A stretch of 64,000 nucleotides of DNA. Source: Raillietiella orientalis. Its lineage: Eukaryota. Below the pieces are notes generated by a model. It worked only from the letters and a program-made list of their open reading frames with translations. It had not been told where the DNA came from and did not search any database. A program made the position numbers and the translations under genes. The DNA is taken from contig JAYWIR010000084.1 in assembly GCA_036172245.1 (NCBI GenBank), positions 186,001 through 250,000 on the forward strand, given 5' to 3'. This document shows, piece by piece, positions 12,546-24,400 of this stretch (the first letter of the stretch is position 1; each line of letters begins with the position of its first letter).

Positions 12546-14442
12546 CGACGGAAGGCGTGAAACCCACGTCTCCCCAACCCATGGAGGTGAGGAGATGCCC
12601 CACCTCGAAAGCAGCTCTCGCCACCCCGTCGAAAGCATGGAATAAAGAGGCCGCGGCGGCTCCGCCGGACGTGGCTGCAGAAGTGCAAGCCTACATTAAG
12701 GAAGCCTACAACCCTGCCCTGCTTTATAAGGTAGGGAATTTATACTCACCGCTAACTACGCGGAAATTTAAGAACGCCATCCGTAGGATAAACATTACAG
12801 AGGAGGAGATTCTGTGCTTCTCGGTACGGAGAGGAGGGCAGTTTGCGGAGCTGATCTGCAGAAATGCAGCGCTCACGCACAAACTGCTCTGCACGCCTGT
12901 TCCCTTCGAAGGGCGGAATCTTTTCCCTCACACGATGGATCACTCGATAGTAATCCCCCTAACCGGAACAACAGTGAGGATGAACGACGAAGCCATCCGC
13001 ACTGAATAACCAAGTTCGCGGAGATTTACGCGATATGGAAGAAGCTCAACGCCTTCATATATAGAGGCTCATTTAGTAAGCGACTTGCCGCTCGCGTAAC
13101 TCTCCGAGAAAACATTGAAATTCCCCACAAGCTGGAGATTAACGACGAGCTCGTTGATCTCTGGTACGTAGGGAAACAAAAATACTGCGGGCTGTGCAAC
13201 ACGTTTGGTCATCTCAAAAAGAGATGCCCGAACGCCACATGCCCAACTTGCGGCGCTAAGGGCCACACTAGCGTTGTGGGTCCCGAAAAACGCCGCTACA
13301 ACGCCGAAAACCCCGTCTACAAAAGAGTAGAAGAAGGCAGAAAACACAAAAAAGAGCGACCAACAGTCGAACTGAGAAGATGCAGAATAGAAGGAGCAGG
13401 AGCCTCAAAAAGAGACTTCTGTACCAACTGTCGGCGAGGAAGGCTGGAAATAAGTCGCCACCAAGAAAACAAAAAATTCAACTTTTAATACAGAAAAACA
13501 AAAAAAAAATCTACAAATCAGAACGCAAGCAAACCGAAAAAATCTGCGAGCGGCGCGAGAAAAATAACTCCGCGCGAGCAAATAAAAGAATGCCGCGTTA
13601 CAATCGAGCGCGTTCCATCGATCGAGCGTCGATCGGCGAACGCAACTCCCCAACCGTCGCGAACGCCGCGGAACCGCCGCAGAAACCTGCGAAAAGGACG
13701 CGAGCAGCAGCGACGACAAAAGCTTCGAGAAGGCGGCAAAGGAACTCGCGGCCACTTTAATGCAGCCGCCTAAGGCTGCAAAGAAAGCTGTGAGACGCCC
13801 GGCGGAAGCCAAAGGACCGGAAACAACCTAGTCCGAGGCGGAAGCCGAAAACCCTCCTACCGTCGCCCTCTTGAAGAGGAAGGCGGGTCAGAAGTCCCGC
13901 AACCCTATGCGCGTCGCTCTCCCTCAGGCTGAGGAGGAGGAAATGCGCTCAGGTAGCGAGAAGGCGATGTCCGCGAGTTCGCGGGATTCCTCCGTGGAAA
14001 CCGCCCGGTCCGATATTCCGATCGACCTCAGTCCGGCTGCCGACGTTCCGGTCGTTGCCGAAACGCCGTCCATGCAGGTGGTCATCAACCAGCTGCCTCC
14101 CGAACAGGAGGCGGCTACACAATCGCCACCACCATCATTAGCATGATGCGTGGAATCGCCTCTTGCCGGCAGCTGTGTATAGCCTGTTGGAATGTCAACG
14201 GGCTGCGTAGCGAAAGCAAGAGGCGTAGCGTGGCCCACATCCTGAGACCTTGCGACCTGGCACATCTTCAAGAGGTTCACGCTCTCAGGGGAGTGGACGT
14301 CGAGGACGCTATGACCCTCTCCATTTCGGAGAGGGTCATAGCGGAAAGGCTACATTGGCGTTACGGTGGAGACCACTGGCGCGGAGTGGCCTTCCTGCTG
14401 GAGCCACATATCGCAAATGCGGTGCGCAGTGTACAGTTCCAC
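12546..14442 (+). mobile_element. LINE copy E5: frameshifted ORF1 plus start of the ORF2 endonuclease
   Basis: AAEVQAYIKEAYNPALLYKVG and the knuckles CGLCNTFGHLKKRC/CPTCGAKGH. TGATG stop-start at 14144-14148, then IACWNVNGL..LQEVH. Confidence 0.9.
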
Positions 14443-14838
14443 GTTATCACCCAGTCAAGCCGGGGCGATTATTGAAAAACTTGCAGAATTTGCGGTACAA
14501 GGCCCCGCTGCGGCCAATAGTTCTATGGAGCTGTCTGGTGGTCAGTGCACAGACCGACATAACACTCCACGTCAACGGATGGGGTCAGGGAAAAAACAAG
14601 AATAAAAAAATCAAAAGTAGAAACACTGGTCATTGGGAGGGCCGAGAAGGGATCACTGTCCGTTTCGTGGAGCTTCCATCCTTTGCAGGATGCCTACGAG
14701 GTCCTGGTACAGATTTCCATGTTGGGGCCATCGGGTAGGTTGCTATTCGCAGAAAGCGAGCTGCATACTCCATGGCACCCTTCCGTTAACATCCTCTGCT
14801 TTGACGGATCCACTCCAAGCTGCCACGATACCGCATTT
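14443..14838 (-). mobile_element. LINE 3'-end fragment E6
   Basis: The reverse complement reads GIVAAWS..RWP..GILQRM, TGATCCCTTC, a T-rich UTR and the terminus AATAATCGCCCCGGCTTGACTGGGTGA. Confidence 0.85.
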
Positions 14839-14854
14839 GTGACTGGGTGAAAAC

Positions 14855-17560
14855 TTCCCCGTGTCGTTCTATGGAGCGGACGTGGTTTGGCATCGCTCCA
14901 CGGACTGGTTAGTGGGAAGCTTTTCGTTGGTTGTCTGGTGTGTGGGAGCACCGGTGTCCCATGGCAGAAATGCCTGAGGACACCGCGATGGAAGTTAGAG
15001 GAGGAGAAGCGACATGCTCTCCTCTACCAATAAAAGTGGGGGCCTCCGCCCTTACGGAATCCGGAGCACTTGCCCCATCGGAATCGGGGGCAACCTTTCC
15101 TTCGCGACGCTCTTCGCCATTGGCGAGGAGCTGGAGTGACGTCGTTGCTGCACCATCCCCGGATGCAGTAGCGGAGCAGACTGCCTACAAGGACAGCGGC
15201 TACAAGCCGTCTCTGATCTATAAGGTAGGCAGTGTGTTTGATGAAAAAATTGCACGCTTTTTCGAAATGGAGCTGCAAAGGTTGAACGTGAGGGAGGAAG
15301 ACCTTTTAGGCCTATCCGTCCTTAGTGGGGGCCAGAGAGTTGAGCTGACATGCAAACAGGCAAGTCTGGCGCAGCGACTGCTGAACACCCCTATTACGGT
15401 GGACGGACGCAGGATCTTCCCTGTGACGGAGGATCGCTCCGTCGTGCTCCACCTCACTGGCGTATCACTCCGAATGGACAAAACCAGCGTCCATGAGGAG
15501 TTGTCGAAGCATAGTAGTGTGCACGCGTATTGGGCCAAAGCCAATGTCTTCCGAACGTACGGAAGGCTATTCAGAGGGATGGCCGCAGCCCGCGTCACCC
15601 TACCAGAGAATAATGAACTTCCCCACAAACTGAATATCGGCGAAGAAAAAGTCGATGTTTGGTACGTGGGTAAGCCCAAGTATTGTGGCCATTGCGATGC
15701 TATAGGGCATCTAAAAAAGCGGTGCCCTAACATCCAATGCCACTTATGTGGAAATAAGGGCCACATCCGTAAGATGTGCCCAAGAAGAGAAATCCCGTTC
15801 CCATCCGCTGCCAAAAAGGCAAAAGGGAAACGCACGGGAGAGATGCATACACAGAAACAGGCTGTAAACACCCAGATGCCAGTCCCTAAGCCCTCACAGC
15901 AAACGACGGTTGAGAACACTCCCGACGACGCTGGTGACGGCGAAGGCTGGCAGACGGTACAGCCACGAAGAAAACCCGGAAGTCCCGAACGAAACACGGT
16001 GAAAACAAAAACGCAGCGCGAAAAACCGTGCCGCGAAAAGCTCCGCGCGTGTTCGGTAAAATTAGAACGTGTGGAGGCACCCGATGCCGCCGCCGAGGAG
16101 CAATCCCCCCCCTCGCGTCCGCCGAAGCCGCGACGGTCGATGGTGAACCATCTGGCGAAACAGAGGGGGAACCGTGCGCCGCGCTCGACGCGATCGAGGA
16201 GGCCGCCTTCCAGCAGGCGGTGGAAGAACTCACGGCCGAACTGCAAGGCCGTGAGAAGAACTACCGGAAAGGCTTACGAAAGCCTGCCGCCAGGAAGGCT
16301 CTGGATGCCGGTGAGGCCGAACCGGATGCCGGAACTGCGTCCTCCTCAACGGAGGCGCCAGCAAAGAAGACGGGACGCAAGTCCCAGAATCCCAGGAGGC
16401 GCATCCGGATCAATAAGGAGGCGGATGAATCTGTCCCCGAGGGGGAAGCCGGCAGCGTAGGAGGCGGAGGTGGGAATATCTCATTCCCCGACACCGTGCA
16501 GCTAGCGACTGCCATGGAGGAGGATGTGCAAGTGGGTGAACCCCTACTTCCTCTGCAAGGCCCCGACGACGAATCGTCCACCATGGACGAGGGAGAAGCG
16601 GTGCGCGACGCACTCCCTCCTTCTAGCGTCCCGCCCGACAAGGTGGCGGGAGCTCCATTGCCAATTTCCCAGGATTAACACCTGGACTCGCCTGTCGCCG
16701 TAGGATACGCGTAGCCTGCTGGAACGTCAACGGGCTGCGCGATGACGGCAACAGGCGGGACACGGCCGACACCCTGCGTGACTTCAACCTGGCACTCCTG
16801 CAGGAGATCCACGTGATCACCGCAAAGAACGCCCAGGGGATCGAAAGGATCGCAGGGGGTCGGTCGTCTGTTTTGGCAATGCGGCGCTCGCAACACCTGT
16901 GGCGTCGCGTTTTTTATGAAGGAAGCAGTCGCTTGCTTCGTCAAGGAAGTACGATTCGACAAGGACAGTCTGGTTGGCCAGCTTATCCTTAGGTGGTCAG
17001 ACTCGATCGACTTTGTCGTGACTAATGTGTACGCTCCGAGCGGAGGACGCGGGTACGGGGAACGTTCCCGGTTCCTCGAAACCCTGAAGCGCGACTGGCT
17101 GGCGGATACAAACGTACGCAAGGCACATCTGATTGGTGGGGATTTTAACATCCGCCTGCTCTCAGGTGTGCCTTGCAGGCAAAAAGACGCAACCAACGAG
17201 TTGTGCGCCGCTATGCGTACGCGCAACTTGCTGGGGGACCTACCGGAAATGGCCCAAAGCGTAGACCACGTCTTCCTTGACGCCGACCTGTGCCCACGGG
17301 TCGGCAGACGAGGGAAACTTCCGTCGACGCTATCGGACTACTTCCGGTTGATAATCGAGATTATGCCACGCGACAAAGGGCCACCATCCAGGGCGTGGCG
17401 TATGCCAGGGGACTGGACGCGCATCTCCGGTGCGGCGGAACATCTCCGTCCGTTCCTGAGATGCGTCATCCTCCGCAACCTCGAAGATTGCAACCGCATG
17501 AAGGTCTCGGTCCGCGAGTCCTACGAGGATTTCCCTTTGCACCGCCTGCCCCGGGGATTT
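14855..17560 (+). mobile_element. LINE copy E7: 5' UTR, ORF1 and endonuclease domain, cut at PRGF
   Basis: 5' motif at 14878. ORF1 runs 14961-16678, followed by VACWNVNGL, TNVYAPSG, GGDFN, VDHVF and SDYF. Confidence 0.92.
14961..16678 (+). pseudogene. ORF1 gag-like nucleic-acid-binding protein with two CCHC knuckles and one frameshift near 16030-16110
   Basis: YCGHCDAIGHLKKRCPNIQCHLCGNKGHIRKMCP. The C-terminal part continues in the 16028-16678 frame, matching the tails of E16 and E19. Confidence 0.88.
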
Positions 17561-20500
17561 AAAGTTGTCACCTGGGTACGCCCGGGGTGTTTATTACTGA
17601 AAACTATACAATTGTAATACCAGGCCCCTCTCACGGCCTCATGCACGGGACCTTCTGGGACGCCGGGACGCAGCCCGGCGTGGCACTCCCCGGCACGAAA
17701 GGGGATGGGGAAAATACAAAAGGAAAAAACTAAAACCACAAAGAAACAAAAGAGGCTGGAGGGCAAGGAAGGGATCACGGTTCGCTGAGAGGAGGACCCA
17801 TCCGTTGAAGGAAGCTCTCGAAGTCCATCCGTATATTCTTTAGTTGGGGCCATCCAGCAGCTCTCCGCAAGAAGCGTTGGGCATATGGGATGACATCCCT
17901 CGCGTGTTGACCCACTCCTTCCTTGTTGGTGTCGCTCCATGCCGCCACGATGCCTCGGACGCAGCACAAGGCTGCGAGGGCTGCGGCTGGCTGCAGGGCG
18001 TCCTTCACGAAGAGGGGCCGAAGAACGTCTCTGGGAGAACTGCCCGTAGGGAGACCGAGGGTCGTCCCAAATTGCAACCAAAGGGGACGGAGGGCAGCAC
18101 AGTCCACAATAAGGTGGGAGAGCGATTCCCGCTCACCGCACCAGAGACACGCAGGATCCACAACTCCTCTTGTCCGGTGAGAGCGGCGTGCATTGCAGGG
18201 TAAACCCCAATGCAACAACAGCAACACCGACTCTTTCCACTTCAGGGACAGGATCCTGGATTCCTGAAGAAGCAAGGGCCATTTTAGCACATACGTAGGG
18301 ATGGCAAGCAGCTCGCCCCATCTTCTTAGTCCTCGCGGCTGGACGCTCGGGGTCGTGGCGTCCGCCAGTTGACCCATGGTCCAGCCGCTCATTCTCTTCT
18401 CCCGTCCCTCGATGCAGCAGGAGACTTGCCACCTTGGAGTCCGACTGCTGTGAAGCGTTCTTCTCAGAAAGAGCAGCGCCGTAGCCAGGCAGATTGTCTC
18501 TGCCCACGTGCTTCTAGCTGGATTCTCAAGGAGATTCCTCAGAGTGCAGCGGGCATATGGGCCGCATAGGAGACGATTCCACGTTACGTGGCTTCTCTGG
18601 TTCACCACAGCCCAAGTTCCGATGTTCTCCTTCAGCCAGGCGGAGGAGTTCGCGGGGCAGCAAACCAACCAGCTGTTCTGCATGGCCAACGATGCAGTGC
18701 GCCCGAGCTGTAGGCCGCATCTTCTGAACTTCCGGCCAGGGCACAGAAGAAAAGACGCGAGTCCCTCGCACCGGGACACACGACTGGCGAGAAGGCGTGC
18801 CGGAATGCATCACGAAGTGCTCCACATCTTCGCTGCGATGGCGAGGGTACGCCATCGCAGCTGTTTCTCCACGCACTCCAGCGTCAGGAGGCTAAGTCCG
18901 CCATCCCGACGGGGAGCGGAAAGGTCCTTCAAAGGGACGCGGGGACTCCCCTTACCCCAAAGAGCGATGCGAAGGAGGTCCTTCGTCCTCTTTTTAACTA
19001 CTCCTGGGGCGGGGCAAACAAAAAGCAAGGGGCGGAGGATGGGTGCCGCAAAGGCGCTCCAAACCGCGGCCCGTTCCGGCAAGTGAAACTTGCCTTCCAG
19101 GTACGGGCCGATCGCCTTCTCGACTTCTTGGAGGCAGCTGGACCACGCTTCCGCAGGGGAGAAGTCCCCCAACGGCACACCAAGGTACTTAAAGCACCTC
19201 GCCGTGGGGATCCCCAGACGGACTTAGTCCTGCTGCCCTGCCCACGCCTCACTAACTGGCACCACCGACGACTTCGCCCTGTTCACCTGCAGTCCGGTCC
19301 CGCGGCTGAGCAGGTCGAAGAAATCTCCGACCGCCTTCTCCGGGGTGGACATAGGTAAGAGGACAGAAGATCGTCGGCATACGCCGCTACGGCTGGCGTG
19401 CCGGGGCACGAGCTCGGGAAGGGGGCCAAAGTCACCCTGTACGCTCTCAGCACCAACTCAAAGTAGGTACTAAAGAGCAGGGGACTGAGACTATCTATCT
19501 GCCGTATGCCCGCCGCACCGGCACGCCATACACCTTTTGACTACTGAAAAGGATCGAAATGATAGCGTTCCGCCAGCAAGATCGCAGGTAGGAAATCAAG
19601 GGGGGTGGGAAACCCATGCGACCCAGGAGCTCCAAGAGGAGTTCCTGGTCTACACAGTTGAACGCCGTATGGAGATTGACTGCGATCGCTAGGGCTCCCT
19701 TCCCCGCCTTGGGTTCCCTTTTCAGCCCCGCTGGCGGCCCCAATGTGGGGTTGCCGATTTTCCCTTTCGCTTTCTTCTCTCTCCTCTGCAGGTGCATCCA
19801 CGTGCTTGCGAAGAAGAGGTTGGCGACCATACTTCGCCTAAAACAGCATAGGTCTGCTCCGTGCTAATTATGGACTCTACCACCTGCCCCAAACGCGAAG
19901 CTCATAGCCCAGCTAGCAACTTGGCGTCCGTGTTCACGATGGTGATCGGACGCCAGTTGTTCAATTCGCTGAGGTCTCCCCCTTTCGGGAGGAGCCTCTC
20001 TCTGGCTGACCGAAACGAGGCGCGAACATCGCCTTCGTCTCGGATCAGCCTTGTCAACACGAGCACCAGGGGGGCCAGCTCTTCCGCGAAGCACTGAAAG
20101 AACTCCGCGGGCAAGCCGTCCTCCCCTGGCGCCTTCCTCCTCTTAAGCCCTTTCATCGCGGTGACGATTTCACCGGTTGTAAAAGGCTCGTCAAGGCTTC
20201 CTTTCTCTTCCTTTTTTATGACCGGAGCTCCGTCCGGGAGCAATGGTAATGGCTCCTGCTAAAACGGGAAGTGCTAGAATTAGTAAGATGGTGGTAATAA
20301 GGATTGATCATGGAAGGAGGAGTGTTTGTGAGAGAGATATGTATGAAGGTCGTATATTGATGATTGTGGTGGTGAAGCCGGTTGCTCTTAGGATGGATGA
20401 GATTTCGCTAAATGGAGGAGAAGATGGTTAAATCAATTCTTATGGACGGTCTAATGGGGTTATAGTAAGGGGAGGATATAGATTTAACCTGCTCTTGGTC

Positions 20501-21232
20501 CTCTTGCACGTAGGATTCTGAGGAGTGGTATGGAGAAGGCTGGGTGTAGCAGTCGCTAAACGTCCTGCTCGGGAGGCGCCCTTGGCATACAGGGAGGAAT
20601 AAAATTTTCTCAGCATGTGTCGAATCGCTGACGGGGCCGAGAGTTCGCGGTCCTGGTCGTCCAGCAAGGTGGGCGGCTTGGACTGCCAAGCTTGGCGCTC
20701 AGCCCCGGCTGAATAGTCGGCCAGGAGGCGGACGTTGAAGGTTCTCGCGTAACGACGTGCGTATAGATAAGCCCTTTCGTTGCGAGTTCCTTCAACAAAC
20801 CTGGAGGGTAGGCGCCTTAGGGGGAACTCCTCACAGAACTCGCGCACCAAACGCTTGAAGACTCCGAAGTCCTCGCGATTCCGGAGAGTGACGCTTCTCA
20901 GAATTTGGCGGAAATGATCCGCCGCACCTGGAAGCCTCGTCCAATCCCCCGGTAGACGCAACGCCCTGGATGGGAATCCTTTATTGAGTGGCCAGACATC
21001 GAACATCAGACGGAAATGGTAGGACAGCGTCGACAGGAGTCTTCCTCTTATACCGACTCGACTGGACATGTCGTAATCGAGAAAAACGTGGTCGATGCTG
21101 TTCTACATTTCCGGGTGTCCCCCATTAAGTTGCGTGAGCGCATGGCGGAGCACAACTCGATCGGCGCGTTCTTTTACGTGCAGCACACACCTGAGAGCAG
21201 GCGGAGGTTAAGGTCCCCGGCTATCAGGTGGG
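17561..21232 (-). mobile_element. LINE copy E8: 5'-truncated ORF2 through to the 3' terminus, carrying a NUMT
   Basis: AHLIAGDLN at the 5' break, then KAPGEDGLPAEF, WRPITIVNTD, AAYADD and CLWCGERESLSHLIVDC. Terminus AATAAACACCCCGGGCGTACCCAGGTGAC (reverse complement of ~17567-17595). Confidence 0.92.
20243..20547 (-). pseudogene. cox1: NUMT: mitochondrial cytochrome c oxidase subunit I fragment (copy 1)
   Basis: In the invertebrate mitochondrial code the reverse complement gives LYPPL..SIDLTIFS..ISSIL..FTTTIINMRP..PWSILITTILLILALPVLAGAITM, with small indels. It interrupts the LINE linker RLL|LPDGAP. Confidence 0.93.
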
Positions 21233-21402
21233 CAAACCTGCGCAGCCGTCGCACGCGTTTTTGGTGAGCTCCCGCGAGCGTATACGTGCCCTGCAGCAGC
21301 CACAGGCGCGGAGAACGCACTGCGTTCTTCGGAGCCCTGCGGCGAGACTGGTTGGCCGAAGCAGGCGTGTGGCGGGCGCACCTAATAGCGGGAGACTTCA
21401 AT
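21233..21402 (+). mobile_element. Micro-mosaic: LINE 5' UTR piece fused to a mid-endonuclease piece
   Basis: 21233-21280 resembles the 5' UTR at 27183-27232. 21281-21402 encodes YVPCSS..RRDWLAEAGVWRAHLIAGDFN. Confidence 0.75.
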
Positions 21403-24400
21403 CGAGTACGGACGTGTTTTTCTTCGCTCTCGTCTCCTGGCTTTCAACCGCTTCATCCTGGTGTCGTGCATTTTGACGACGATGTCGACCCGACCCGAAG
21501 CTACTGAAGTTGGAGGAACAGAATCCGGATCTGCAAACGCGGAACCGACGGCCGCCTCCACTTCGTCTTGATCGTCAATGGCTACAAGTTTTGCTGACAG
21601 TTGCTGCAGCAACAGCCGTCAAGGGGGTACCACCCAAAGAGGCGGAGGTGCAGGCCTACGTAGCCCGGGGTTACAATCCCGCACTCCGCTACCAGGTCAG
21701 TGAATTTCTCTCTGTTCGCGACGGTAATCAGTTCAACGATGAACTGACCCGTGTTGGCGTGCGGGAGGAAGACCTTCTGGCCATTATGCCCATCAAAAGC
21801 TTGGGATATTCCAAAGTGCGCTGCAAAGACGCGGCTGTTGTGCAACGCGTGCTACACACTCCTTTGTCCATCTGTGGTAAGAAGGTCTTCCCGTCTACCC
21901 TTGATGAGTCGTTCGTGACGGAGCTTTACGGCATCGAACCGGAAACTTCCTACCGTCAATTGCGGAATATGTTAGAGAAATTCGCCACGGTCCATGCTCT
22001 GTGGAATGTTGGAAGCACCCTTAAGGACTTCCCATCCATCGTCAGCGGTAGTGCCGCGGTTCGACTAACCATGCCGAACCGCCGGCTTCTACCCTCTAAG
22101 CTGCAGGTAAACGACAAGGTCAGTCACCTGTGGCATGCAGCCAAGCCTCGAGTATGCGAGGGATGCGGCGAAGAGAAGCATTATCCACAAAAGTGCCCTT
22201 CTGGTAAATGCCGCTATTGCAAGCAATCCGGAAACAACCTGAAGAATTGCCAGGACATTGCTAGAAAAAAGGCAGCCGCAAAGCATCAACGCGCGAAATA
22301 CGTCGCGAAAAACAGAAACGCGGCAGAGGAAAAACAGTGCGCACGGGCTAATTCTCGTTCCGATGCGAAGCGAAATGCCGAACAACAGCAGAGGTCACCA
22401 ACGTTGAAGCCCCTTGCGTCCCACTTAGCGGCAGGTAAGCTGCAAAAAAAATAACGCAGGAGCTCAAAGGACGACTCCAGAGCTCGTGTCAACGATCGAG
22501 GAACCGCGGTTTCAACCCAGGGCCAAACGAAGGCCAAGGGAAACGAACCTCTAAACGGCGATCGCGGTCAAGTGGAAAATAAACATTCCACGATCTTGCC
22601 CCCTTCAAAGCCGAAAAAGCTTAATGGCCAAAAAAGGAAGGAGGCCTTCGTTACGGATTGGGAAACCAGAAGAAATAATCGCTTGCCTAGCGGCAGCACC
22701 TTGTCAGCGGAGAAACGCTTTCCGTGCGCACGATCGGAGAGCAAGCTCCCGACTGACAGGGATGCGACCCCGACGGAGACGACAACGCCGGTCGCGCACG
22801 CAGTGCCGCTGACGGGCGAGGAGTTAACCTCAGGGGTTCTCCCAGCGCAACAGATCGCGTCCCAATACGGCGAGAACGAGTGGACGGTGGTGGAGAAAAG
22901 CGGTAAGAAAAAAGCTCCAAAAAACGATCCACAGCATCCGTCGAAAGCTCTCCTGAAGGCGAGGAACTATCGAGTGATGAAAAAGACTCGCGCAAAAGTT
23001 CCTCGTGCAATATCGCGCTCTGATGCTGACATCGCGGGAGCTGTAAAAACAGCCTCCGAAAAAAGCGATGCCACATTACCAAAGAGCGCAAAAACGATCG
23101 CTGTCGAACGAAAAGACAGCCGTTGCTTTTCGCGTGCCGCGAAGAGTGAGTCACGCGAACGCCATACGGACTCCGCATCGGAGAACGACCCGATTTCCGA
23201 ACGTCGAGTAACTCGTTCGGAAACGGAAACGCGTTGCGTAAAAGCCGGCAGGCGGGAGATCCCCGCCGCGAAGCAGCTTGAGACCCCCCCAAAATCCGAG
23301 AAGCAGAAACATGGGGAGGGAACCTCAACTGCATGCAGCACGACGGAGGACGGTGGCGATCGTCCCCTCCAGCCGGTCGTGCTGCTCGCCGTTCGCTCGC
23401 CGGATAAAGCGAGCAAAAAGCCGCAGCCTTCCCAGCAGTAATGCGTGGAATCGCATCTTCTCGTCGTCTGTCCGTCGCGTGTTGGAACGTGAACGGACTG
23501 CAGAACGACGAGAAGAGGCGGTTAGTAGCCAACGCCCTGCGCCCCTTCGACCTCGCGCACCTGCAGGAGATTCACGTAATCTCCGACGAGCAGGCAGCCG
23601 AAATCGAGGAGCGCGCAGGCGGAACGCTACATTGGCGGTGCGGCGGCACACACACGTGCGGCGTCGCGTTCCTCGTAAGAGGAAAAATGGCGGAAGCTAT
23701 GCGTGGTGTTCGTTCCGACGACGAAAAAAGGGTAGGCCAACTTGTCATCAAGTGGTCCGAGTCCATCGATCTCGTCGTTACGAACGTCTACGCGCCGAGT
23801 GGCTCTCGCTACTTCGAAGAAAGAGTAGCTTTCTTTGGTGAGGTGCGGATTCACTGGCTCAACAACTCCGGCCCCTAAGTGGCGCACCTCGTCGCGGGGG
23901 ACTTAAACGTCCGCCTGCTCTCCGACGATTAAAGCCGCCCCAGGGAGCGCGCGCTGCCCATCGAGATGTGCGCGTCGGGGCACCCCGCCAACTTCATGGT
24001 CAGAGAACCTGGAATAGAAAGATCGCTCGATCACGTTTTCCTCGCTGAAAATCTGCATTCGCCTGTGGGTAGGAGAAGAAGATTGTTCAATGGGCTTTCT
24101 GACTATCACAGGTTGGAGTTTGAGCTCCTTCCGCCAGGCAAGGGGCATCCGTTGCAAAACCGGAGGATGCCGGCGAATTGGCTTAGCATTCCGGAGGCTG
24201 CGGAGCACCGCCGTAAATATCTCCGAGGCTTCGCCATTCAAGAACTCGCGGACTGGGACGATCTCAAAAGATGTGTGCGCGAGTTCTGCTGCCAATTCCC
24301 CCTGCACCGGCTTCCACGCGGTTTCGGAGAAGGCGTGGCCAACAGAAGAGACTTTGTGCAGGCTCGCACGTTTTCCAAACGCGCGGATGTCAGGCGTCTC

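Noticed and set aside
14855..14960. Self-cleaving ribozyme (HDV or hammerhead) at element ends
   Set aside because: I could not fold a convincing core by eye in the 5' or 3' UTRs; a covariance-model search would be needed.
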